This document shows positions 8,759 through 17,160 of a stretch of 36,903 nt of DNA, piece by piece. The stretch comes from a virus (taxonomy: Duplodnaviria; Caudoviricetes), in IMG/VR virus record IMGVR_UViG_3300047552_000234, positions 1-36,903 of that record; one strand, given 5' to 3'. The notes beneath the pieces are model-generated. The model was not told the DNA's origin and searched no databases. It saw only the letters and a program-made list of their open reading frames with translations. Position numbers and translations under genes: made by a program. Position 1 is the stretch's first letter. Every line of letters starts with the position of its first letter.

Positions 8759-9274
8759 ATGCCCATAAACATTCTTGCAACTACGAGTTCACCTCCTCCG
8801 CGTAAGGTGCTCGCTTCTGTGGAGGACGAAGATTCTCGTGCTCTTCTCTACCAGCTTCTAGAAGCTTTCTTGCGTCTTAACGATTCCCCTTCCGACGAGC
8901 AAATGCATTCGCTTGCTTCTGCTCTAGGGATGGATTCGGAAGCATTGGAAAGCACAATCTACTCGCTGTTTGCTGATGTCCTAGACCATAGCTCCGACGA
9001 CACCAAAGATTCAATCACTTTTGATGATTCGGATTTCGACGATAACGATGTTCTAGAAGACCCAGACGTAACCGAGGTAGACGACGGTACTGAGCTAATT
9101 CATTTCCAAGTAGAAGGCTCCGACCCGGATGGTAAGGCTGCTGAAAACGACGGTACGCCTGACCTAGAACAACTTGGTCAACCCGATGCTTATAAAGAGG
9201 CTTCCGAACTAAACGGTGCCCCTGATGAAGAACTTCTTGATGAACTCCTAGACGACGAGGTAACAAATGTCTGA
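8759..9274 (+). CDS. Hypothetical acidic protein (probable virion/head component)
   Basis: 171 aa, GAGG RBS, small helical domain (PSDEQMHSLASALG) followed by a D/E-rich tail. Confidence 0.55.
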   Translation: MPINILATTSSPPPRKVLASVEDEDSRALLYQLLEAFLRLNDSPSDEQMHSLASALGMDSEALESTIYSLFADVLDHSSDDTKDSITFDDSDFDDNDVLEDPDVTEVDDGTELIHFQVEGSDPDGKAAENDGTPDLEQLGQPDAYKEASELNGAPDEELLDELLDDEVTNV

Positions 9275-10034
9275 TCGCTTCCTTTCAAATCTCCGCTCTA
9301 TTCGTGGTGCCACCATCACTGAATATACTCAACTGACCCCAACGACCGCCAAGGTTATCGCTTCCATTATCGGAGATTTGTCTCCTGAAGAGTTCTGCGA
9401 TCGCATGACCGCTGCTCTGAAGAACGAAGCCGCTCCCATCCGTGCGTCCTTCCGCTGGCTGGACAAGGGCCGATCTATGATTGGTTTCGTTACGGCTGTT
9501 CCCCCGGTACGGGCTTATGATGCCAACACTGTGGAAGCCAAGTATCGTAAGATCACTGCGAACACCTTCATGGACAAATCTGACGAAAGCATTTGGGAAG
9601 TCAAGCCTGGTTCCGGTGGCTCTTACCTAACCCGCAAAGCCAACGATAATCTGGCCGAGCTCATCGAAGCTGCTCGCGTTAGCCCTCGTGGTTCCACCGC
9701 CCGTATGTATCAAGTGGTTCAAGCCTCTGTCAACAAGGGTGAGCTACTTGCCTACGTGGATGGTAACTCCAATCAGGTCCACTATGGTTTCTGCATGGAA
9801 GCTTCCGCTGACGAGTCCTACAAGGTTCTATCGCACACCACGAACGAAGTGGAGACAGTGCCCACTGCTCACATCGTAGCCGCTTACGAGATTGATATCC
9901 CCAAGAATATAACAGCGGCTATCACTCCTGCTGACAAGAAGAATTCCATCGACTACTATAAGAAGCTGTACTTCTACGACCCGGCTTATCTGGAAAAGGT
10001 AATCCGCGAGATCGAAGAGACGGCTGCCGCGTAA
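9267..10034 (+). CDS. Hypothetical protein (probable virion structural protein)
   Basis: 255 aa, GAGG RBS, biased codon usage like the capsid genes, followed by a terminator. Confidence 0.6.
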   Translation: MSDRFLSNLRSIRGATITEYTQLTPTTAKVIASIIGDLSPEEFCDRMTAALKNEAAPIRASFRWLDKGRSMIGFVTAVPPVRAYDANTVEAKYRKITANTFMDKSDESIWEVKPGSGGSYLTRKANDNLAELIEAARVSPRGSTARMYQVVQASVNKGELLAYVDGNSNQVHYGFCMEASADESYKVLSHTTNEVETVPTAHIVAAYEIDIPKNITAAITPADKKNSIDYYKKLYFYDPAYLEKVIREIEETAAA

Positions 10035-10043
10035 CCCACACCT

Positions 10044-10071
10044 GAGGCCCCTAGTGGGCCTCTTTTTGTTT
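10044..10071 (+). terminator. Rho-independent terminator
   Basis: GAGGCCC-ctagt-GGGCCTC followed by TTTTTGTTT. Confidence 0.88.
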
Positions 10072-10086
10072 CTGGAGTACATAATA

Positions 10087-11034
10087 ATGGGAAGCAGAGG
10101 AATAGACCTTGACGAAATTGACGACTTGTTTGATGCACCACCTAGAAAAAGACATCGAGCTTATTCGATAGGTGACGACGATGACACACCTGTTCGCCCG
10201 GATAAATTACCCATTGGTAAGAAAAAGAAAAGCGAAAAGGTCTTAACTCCAGCGGAACTGCGACGTAAAAAGTACCTAGAGAGTCTAAATCAGAATCTAA
10301 AGGAGAAGCTGAAACCTGTCCCTCTCCCAGGTGCTGACTCTGCTCTCCCGGCTAAGCACGCAAAAATTTGGTCTACTCTAGACATACCAGATTTTGAAAT
10401 TGACGGCAAACGCTTCGATGAGGATATCCCTCAAGAAGAGATGCACGAGGAAGATGAGTTAGCCGGGGAGGATAGCACTGCGGCTAACAAGAACGATGTG
10501 TTGATAGCCAAGCCGGCGAACCTTCGAGGTAACGTCTCCTCAAAGAAAGTTCGTGGCCTAGTTACTCTGTTTGGGCAGCGAGCCGATGCTGTCCTGCAGA
10601 TGTTAGAAGACGATCAGAATACCAACGGCGCTCTTACGCTTTTGCAGCGCAGTTTGCTGCAGACAATGGTAGACATTCTACCTGTTATAGAGCGTCAGGT
10701 CCGCCGATCTAAAGGTAAGAAGGGTGTGTATCAGCTAAACCAGATAGTCGCGCAGGTGAGAGAGCAGATTCAGGATATGCAAGCTCTGCGCGAAAAAGGT
10801 AATGCTGGTGCCACTGTAGTCGATCGCATAATTCGACCAGCTTACCTAGATTTAGCTGCTCAAGTACAGAATGCTTACATGGAAATAGAAGCACAAGCCC
10901 GTACTAGAATGAGCGAGGAGGAATTCAAAAGCTTCCGAGAAACTGCCCTGCTTTCCACGAAAAAGGGTCTTGCTGAGTATATAAATGGTCAGTATAACGC
11001 AATTCGGGAGGGCGTTATAACTAGTCTATCCTGA
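10087..11034 (+). CDS. Hypothetical protein (charged disordered N-terminus, helical C-terminus)
   Basis: Start moved to ATG 10087 because GGAG lies at 10074-10077 and the track start at 10054 falls inside the terminator. Confidence 0.65.
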   Translation: MGSRGIDLDEIDDLFDAPPRKRHRAYSIGDDDDTPVRPDKLPIGKKKKSEKVLTPAELRRKKYLESLNQNLKEKLKPVPLPGADSALPAKHAKIWSTLDIPDFEIDGKRFDEDIPQEEMHEEDELAGEDSTAANKNDVLIAKPANLRGNVSSKKVRGLVTLFGQRADAVLQMLEDDQNTNGALTLLQRSLLQTMVDILPVIERQVRRSKGKKGVYQLNQIVAQVREQIQDMQALREKGNAGATVVDRIIRPAYLDLAAQVQNAYMEIEAQARTRMSEEEFKSFRETALLSTKKGLAEYINGQYNAIREGVITSLS

Positions 11035-11045
11035 CCACATGACTG

Positions 11046-11054
11046 CAATTTTAT
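11046..11054 (+). promoter_or_regulatory. Putative phage promoter motif CAATTTTAT (class A)
   Basis: Intergenic, 24 nt upstream of ATG 11079; same spacing as the copy at 33437. Confidence 0.55.
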
Positions 11055-11078
11055 GGGCAGTAACTAGCCATTTTACCA

Positions 11079-11831
11079 ATGAACTATCCCTATGATCCTC
11101 GATCTAAAACTGAGGAATCTTCGTTACTGTCCCTTATTGGGGTAGACCAAACGAAGGCTCTACCAAGTGTAGACCAGTTCCCAGCTTCTTTCAACAAAGA
11201 AGACGGATTAGCCGTCTGGAGGAAAGTCTTAAGTTCTACCGAATACAAATCCGTAACTCGGGATCATTGGGATACAGCTCTACGTTTGTACTTACACGCT
11301 TGTGACGTCGCTGGGATTTTTCCGTTCGCTAGATCCACGCAGCAGTCTAACAACGACACTACGATACGGTTCCTAACGAACGCTAGAAGAAAATTACAGT
11401 GGTACTTCAAACTGGTGGGGATGTTCGACAAGATCTCTCCATTGTTTATAAATCGCTCGTACACTTTTTCTTCGAATCACTTTGAAGTTACTACTGAGGC
11501 TCAGCTCTTACCAATCAACGATCCAACGTTTGGTAAGTGGCTGAGGATGACACCCTATCCTGGATTTAGACCCGGGATACGAAGCACTGTTCTAACCAAG
11601 CTAGTTCAGAATACCGTAGAGTCAGAGATACGTTTAGACTTTGACCTACAACGAAAACTGCGACCAGTCTTTTGGATAAACATTCATTGCCATACACCAA
11701 TAACGTACTCTTCAGTTGGACCCCCGGCGTCTAAAGAAGAACTTACGGAGTACGCTGAAAAGACAATCTGGTTGCCTCTTGTAAGAAGTCATAGATATCC
11801 TGGTAATATGAAAGGCTGGAGATTACTCTGA
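11079..11831 (+). CDS. Hypothetical protein
   Basis: 250-aa ORF fitting the gene tiling; no family recognised. Confidence 0.65.
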   Translation: MNYPYDPRSKTEESSLLSLIGVDQTKALPSVDQFPASFNKEDGLAVWRKVLSSTEYKSVTRDHWDTALRLYLHACDVAGIFPFARSTQQSNNDTTIRFLTNARRKLQWYFKLVGMFDKISPLFINRSYTFSSNHFEVTTEAQLLPINDPTFGKWLRMTPYPGFRPGIRSTVLTKLVQNTVESEIRLDFDLQRKLRPVFWINIHCHTPITYSSVGPPASKEELTEYAEKTIWLPLVRSHRYPGNMKGWRLL

Positions 11832-11839
11832 GAACCAAC

Positions 11840-14800
11840 ATGCAAGTCACTATTTCAAAATCCACTCCAATCAAGGCTGGTCCGGCACGCCCTCTGCGCT
11901 CGGTCTCAACTCTGGCCCCTGATCCCACCTACATGCTGCGCAGAGACGACCTCAAGCGCGGTGCTCTGTACTTCTACAATAACTTGCTGAGTGCAAGAAA
12001 AGCTCAATGGGGATGGGCTTCTCTTGTTATGCAGGCTCTGTACCCAGAGCAGCCTCAAACAGAGCTTTCCCCTAAGGATGCGGTCAAGCGGTTCGCCCCC
12101 TTTCTGAAAACCCTCAGCGAAGCGTTCACTAAGTCTGGGGCTAAGGCTGTCACCGCTATCCGCAGAGACGTAGAGAACGGTTATTTCGTAGCTCGCGTAC
12201 CTATCCTGGCGATGAATGCGTCTGGTGGTGTTCCTAATGACTGGGCAAAGTTGTCTCCTCTGTTTTCGGACAAGGACGCTACTGTACCAACTCCAACTAC
12301 TAACTATCAGAATCTTCAGAGGGTCGACTTAACTACCCTGAAACCTATCGGCAACTTGAACGCCAAAGACGTTCAAGCCTTGCGCGAGTGTAACGCAGGT
12401 CTGTATTTTGTAAATGTAGGTCAGTATCAACTGGTGGTGTTGGAAATCGTTTTCACCAAGCCTCAAGTCGAACATCTGACAAACGGCGCGTTCGCTCAGG
12501 CTCGCTCGTTAGATTTCTACGGTATCATCCGCTCTTGGGTAGACGGCTACTACGGTACTATCCGTAAGAGCAGCCAATTCTCTATTCCTCTACCGCGTAT
12601 TGCAGCTTCACTACCAGAAACACAATCGTCACGTCTGTCGGAAGACGGTCTGTGCATCGATGAACACGGCTATCTATACTGGCTGGCTAACCCTCAGGGC
12701 CATAATCAAGTCAGTCGCTATCAGTCACTAGCTTCTGACGCTTACGAACAGGAAGATGGATCCTTTTCAGCTATCAATTGGTCAACGGGTAAGCTGAAGA
12801 CCCCTCCAAAGGCTATGCCGGTGCTAGTAGATTGGACGAACCTAAAGTTCGCCTATACCTCTACCGACGGTAGCTTGCTGATTAAGAACCTGGATAGAGT
12901 CAATCCAGTAACGATTCCTATTGCGGTGCGCTACCTACGAGGGCCCATCTCGCGTCAGCAGCAAACTGCCTTTATCAGCTCCACTTTCAATCTAGCTTCG
13001 TTTCTAAACTTAGATGCTAAAGGCTACGACAACGAAAAGTTTACCCTTGAACTGCTAAAGTTTGCTAAAGTAAGAGACGCAGCGCAGACACCCGAAGAAA
13101 TCAAACTTGTAGATATCTTTGAGTACGCTCGTCAGGCTAACGAAGATTTCACCCCAGAGTTCAATGCACCGTCCCCTGGTTGCCTTGTGTTTATCCGTTT
13201 GGTTGCTGAAATCCGTAAGGTAATCGAGGCCGATCCGTCTAACGCCTTTGCCTTCTACTCAGTGCTTACTATCTGCGGATACATGGCTGACGCTATTGTG
13301 TTCGGTAAGTACGGAGCAGAATTTGGTAAGTATTCTGAACAGGATAAAGACCTGCGGAAGGCTTATCTTAACCAGAATGTGGATCCTAGCTGGAAGCTTG
13401 AGTCTGTGCCTTTCATCAACGAAAAGCTTGGTCTCCTGCCTCACCAGTATAAGGTGCAGAACTCTCTACGCCATAGCCCCAACCTAGCCATTCTCCCTGT
13501 AGACGCCGGTGGTGGCAAGACCCCTCTTGCCATCTACGAAATCCTAAAGGAAATGAAGACTAAGGGTGAAGATGGTCTCAGTCTGGTATTCTGCCCCTCA
13601 CACCTTGTGGCGCAATATGTTAAGGAGTTCAGCTACTTCTGCGGCTCTCGCGTTAACATCATTCCAGTGACTTCCTACACTATCCGTAGAACTGGCTACG
13701 ATGCACTGGAAGCAATGATTCGTCACGCGCCGCCGAACTCAGTTGTGATCTCTGATTATAACGCCATTGTTTTCCGCAAGTTCTCTATTGCGTATGGCAC
13801 TACACCTATCGTAGTCTACCCGGCGGTAGAGTTCCTGCGAAAGTTTGGTTTCCGTTACGTGATCGCTGACGAAAGCCACTGGCTTAAGAACGCGGGGCAT
13901 AGAAACGCCTCGGTTGCTCGTCTATTTGCAGAGATCCCCTACAAGCGGCTAGCCTCGGGTACTTTCGTTGCTAACGTTCTTACCGATCTAGTAAAGCAGC
14001 TTTCCTTGCTGGACGCCTCGTTATTTGGCTCAACTGACGACTTCGTTCAAGAATATGCTCTTGAAACGCGTGGTGGCAAGGTCCTCTCTTGGAAGCCTGG
14101 CGCAGAAGCCCGCATCAAGTCGTTGCTACGTGAATACGTGGTAGTCGCGGAAGCAAAGAGAAAAGAATGGGCCGCTATCCTTCCCTCTGCCCGCGAGAAG
14201 TTCCATCGAGTATCACTATCGGATAAGCAGTTTGAAGTCTATAATGCTATCCTAACTCAGATCATCGAAGAGATCCAGGAGAAGATCAAAGAGAACGAAA
14301 CTCTTGCCGCCCTATTCTCTGATGACCTTAACCCTGACGACCTTGAAGTAAGTCTCGATGAGCTACTGAAGCCTTACTTAGCTAGGCTAGAGATGTTCTT
14401 AAACGCCCCTGGTCTAGATCCGTTAGGTAAGGAACTGCTTACTGGTGACGATCTAGTTTCGCCAAAGGCTCGCGACATAGTTGAAATCTGCCAGGAACAT
14501 CTGTCCAGCGGGTTTCCTGGAAAGATTCTCATCTTTACCAATTACGCTAACTCTCGTGACGCCATTTTAGATGCGTTCCCACCCGAACTGCGCGCTCAGA
14601 CCATCCGGTATCTGGCCTCAGAGAAAGACGAATGCGGTGCGCAGTTTGATAAGGACGATAGCAAGCGGATCATGATCGGTATCGAAAACTCGATGAACAC
14701 TGGTCTAAATCTGCAGCAAGCTTCTCGTCTTATCCGTTGCGAAACAGTGTGGACCCCAGGTGCGTTGGAGCAGGGTAACTCCCGGCTTAACCGCCCCAAC

Positions 14801-16264
14801 ATCAAGAACCCGGAAAACCGTGAGGAGATTGTTTTTGACTGGCTGATTGTTGATCGAACCATCGATGTCACCAAGATATCTTACCTAATGGCTAAGACTA
14901 TCTCGAAGGCAAAATTCGACGAGGCGGGTTCCCCAAGGTTTGATGCTCTGATGGTTCCACCGTTATTCAACATCAATCTTGAAACCATCCAGGAGTCTAA
15001 CGACTTCGACACTACGCTAGTAGATTACTTCGAAAGCTATCGCAACTACAAGAAAGCTATTGAAGGCGAGTACGCGGAGTATAGGGAAAAGAACAAAGAC
15101 GTCTTGTTTACGCCTGATGGTAAAATCAAGTTCGCTCTTCTAGAGCGTGCTGAGAATACTCCTGGCGCTGCTATGATGAGGCGTGTTCCGTACGTGCCAG
15201 GCACCGAACTGTATAAGTCTTCGGAGCTTGGTCTAATACGATACGATGACTTCATGAATCTCGACTTGTCTGTGGACGATGACGAGGAAGTTGAAGAAGT
15301 TGAAGGCAACGACGATTCTGCGCAGCTCGCTGAAGAGCGGTCGAAGCTAGTTGGCATGTGGGCACACACTCAATGGGGTGACGGTGAAATTGTACGCGTG
15401 AATAACGCCACCATCGTAGTTCAACTACCTTCTGGTGAAAAGGTTAAGCTGCGAAAGCTAGCTGCCTTTGTTATCACACGTAAGCTGACTTCTAACAAGG
15501 ACATTCGTACACAACTGTTGAAGCTAACTGGCGACGTCCCTCTAGATACTCCGGTAGAAGTGCTGGAGCCTAAACAAGCACTTCCAACTGGAAAGGGGAA
15601 GGCCCCTGCCATCGAGAAACAAGAGGACGAAAAAGCAGGACCAGTGTCACTGGATCTTGAAATCACAATCGTCAACGACTTCCTTGGTATCCGTCTAGCT
15701 AACAACGATGATGAAGCGGCAGTAAACATTGCCACCGCGAACGGCTTCCGCTATTCGCCGGCATACTATGCTGTCCAGATCAAGCGTCCGCGTATGATGG
15801 TCGAGATCTTTAAGAAGTGGGGTGAATCCGGGTTTGTCTGGGACAAGTCCAACAACGAAGCTTGTCATGCCGCCTGGGCACACTGGAAAGCTAATGTGCA
15901 GACAGGAACAAACTTTTATGGTGTAGCCTTTGAGCAGGACTTCAAGAACTTCTATCGTATGGAGTTCAAGCCTAACGCAGACAAGACCCACATCAACCCT
16001 TATCCGTTGATTCAGGATGAACTTCTGTATCTGGCTTTGCCCGCTGTAGGTCAGCCCGGAAGCAAGCTAGCCATCCGTAAGTCCATGACGCTGCCAGCAG
16101 TTAAGTGGATGGAGTATGAAGCTAACACTGAGCTAATTGCTTTCGTTGCTAGAAAGGAAAAGGCCTTAGCTCTGATCGAATCTCTGCAAAAGCAAGGGTT
16201 CGAAATTCCTAACCTTAAAGAGCTGATTCGGGATATCCGTAGGCTCAGAATCGCGAGAGACTGA
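11840..16264 (+). CDS. Large SNF2-family (SF2) helicase/ATPase
   Basis: Q motif LLPHQ, Walker A DAGGGKT, Ia FCPSHLVAQY, Walker B DESH, III ASGT, V TGLNLQQA, VI EQGNSRLNR. About 500-aa N-terminal and about 400-aa C-terminal extensions. Confidence 0.88.
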   Translation: MQVTISKSTPIKAGPARPLRSVSTLAPDPTYMLRRDDLKRGALYFYNNLLSARKAQWGWASLVMQALYPEQPQTELSPKDAVKRFAPFLKTLSEAFTKSGAKAVTAIRRDVENGYFVARVPILAMNASGGVPNDWAKLSPLFSDKDATVPTPTTNYQNLQRVDLTTLKPIGNLNAKDVQALRECNAGLYFVNVGQYQLVVLEIVFTKPQVEHLTNGAFAQARSLDFYGIIRSWVDGYYGTIRKSSQFSIPLPRIAASLPETQSSRLSEDGLCIDEHGYLYWLANPQGHNQVSRYQSLASDAYEQEDGSFSAINWSTGKLKTPPKAMPVLVDWTNLKFAYTSTDGSLLIKNLDRVNPVTIPIAVRYLRGPISRQQQTAFISSTFNLASFLNLDAKGYDNEKFTLELLKFAKVRDAAQTPEEIKLVDIFEYARQANEDFTPEFNAPSPGCLVFIRLVAEIRKVIEADPSNAFAFYSVLTICGYMADAIVFGKYGAEFGKYSEQDKDLRKAYLNQNVDPSWKLESVPFINEKLGLLPHQYKVQNSLRHSPNLAILPVDAGGGKTPLAIYEILKEMKTKGEDGLSLVFCPSHLVAQYVKEFSYFCGSRVNIIPVTSYTIRRTGYDALEAMIRHAPPNSVVISDYNAIVFRKFSIAYGTTPIVVYPAVEFLRKFGFRYVIADESHWLKNAGHRNASVARLFAEIPYKRLASGTFVANVLTDLVKQLSLLDASLFGSTDDFVQEYALETRGGKVLSWKPGAEARIKSLLREYVVVAEAKRKEWAAILPSAREKFHRVSLSDKQFEVYNAILTQIIEEIQEKIKENETLAALFSDDLNPDDLEVSLDELLKPYLARLEMFLNAPGLDPLGKELLTGDDLVSPKARDIVEICQEHLSSGFPGKILIFTNYANSRDAILDAFPPELRAQTIRYLASEKDECGAQFDKDDSKRIMIGIENSMNTGLNLQQASRLIRCETVWTPGALEQGNSRLNRPNIKNPENREEIVFDWLIVDRTIDVTKISYLMAKTISKAKFDEAGSPRFDALMVPPLFNINLETIQESNDFDTTLVDYFESYRNYKKAIEGEYAEYREKNKDVLFTPDGKIKFALLERAENTPGAAMMRRVPYVPGTELYKSSELGLIRYDDFMNLDLSVDDDEEVEEVEGNDDSAQLAEERSKLVGMWAHTQWGDGEIVRVNNATIVVQLPSGEKVKLRKLAAFVITRKLTSNKDIRTQLLKLTGDVPLDTPVEVLEPKQALPTGKGKAPAIEKQEDEKAGPVSLDLEITIVNDFLGIRLANNDDEAAVNIATANGFRYSPAYYAVQIKRPRMMVEIFKKWGESGFVWDKSNNEACHAAWAHWKANVQTGTNFYGVAFEQDFKNFYRMEFKPNADKTHINPYPLIQDELLYLALPAVGQPGSKLAIRKSMTLPAVKWMEYEANTELIAFVARKEKALALIESLQKQGFEIPNLKELIRDIRRLRIARD

Positions 16265-16752
16265 TGAACAAGACCTACATCGAAAAATTCCGTAGTCTTC
16301 TACGGAATCGTGGTGTAGCTGTCCAATCCGAGGGGGTTTTGACCCCTTCGGAGTTGGCTTCTATACGTGGTATTCTCCTGATGCATTTTACCTCTGACGA
16401 GGTCGACACGGCATTAACCTATCCACAGATCCTACCTGAAGCTTTCTTTCCACCACAGGATGTGCTAAAAGAAGTACCTTCCTCTACCTCAGAAGTTGAA
16501 ACTGCTGCGGAAAAGGCTGGAGAACCTCTTTCTACAGAAGAGAGCTCTACGATTTTAGTAGAGGAGTCAACTGAAAAGATTGAAGAGCCACCGCCTGAAA
16601 AGGTAGTAACCTCAGCTGATGAAACTGCCGAGGAAACCTCTGTTGAAACCACTAAGGTTAATCCTCCTGCGGCGAAGAAAACCTCTAAGCCATCTAAGCC
16701 AGCTAAGCCGGCTAAACCAACTGTAGCTGTACGCGTTAAGAGGGCAGAATGA
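16264..16752 (+). CDS. Hypothetical protein with low-complexity E/T/K/P tail
   Basis: TGATG overlap with the helicase stop; KPSKPAKPAKP repeat. Confidence 0.6.
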   Translation: MNKTYIEKFRSLLRNRGVAVQSEGVLTPSELASIRGILLMHFTSDEVDTALTYPQILPEAFFPPQDVLKEVPSSTSEVETAAEKAGEPLSTEESSTILVEESTEKIEEPPPEKVVTSADETAEETSVETTKVNPPAAKKTSKPSKPAKPAKPTVAVRVKRAE

Positions 16753-17117
16753 CAACATTCGTTAGAAACAATCCGTGGAGCACGCGCACCAGTCTTAACC
16801 TGATGCACGTGAGTTACGATGGTATTGCCGCAGCCGACGGTGATGTGGCTTACGTTGATTTGAACTCGCTGTTTCAGAAAGGTCAAGTTAACCTTGGCAT
16901 TCAGATACAGGCGATTAACACTTCTGTGGCAATAGACATAACGCTATACGAACCGCGTATAGCTACAGACCCTGAGCACGCTGAAAACACTAACGCTATC
17001 TGGCACGAGATTGATGCTTCAGTGACCAACGAAGTTATTGGTTATTTCTCGGCAGCTACAGCTTTACGCTTGCGCTTTCTAACTACTGCCGGGCAGGTTA
17101 TTATCGGCACTTGCTGA
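16749..17117 (+). CDS. Hypothetical small beta-rich protein (possible virion component)
   Basis: 122 aa, ATGA overlap with upstream stop. Confidence 0.6.
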   Translation: MTTFVRNNPWSTRTSLNLMHVSYDGIAAADGDVAYVDLNSLFQKGQVNLGIQIQAINTSVAIDITLYEPRIATDPEHAENTNAIWHEIDASVTNEVIGYFSAATALRLRFLTTAGQVIIGTC

Positions 17118-17119
17118 TA

Positions 17120-17127
17120 CTGTAAAT
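17120..17127 (+). promoter_or_regulatory. Putative phage promoter motif CTGTAAAT (class B)
   Basis: Intergenic, 33 nt upstream of the DNA polymerase ATG; recurs before the SSB and the divergent gene. Confidence 0.5.
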
Positions 17128-17160
17128 GAAGTCATCGGCCTTTACTGCAATGGTAAGCTA

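Noticed and set aside
10087-11034. Terminase small subunit
   Set aside because: The helical C-terminus is compatible, but no large terminase is adjacent and no diagnostic motif is visible.
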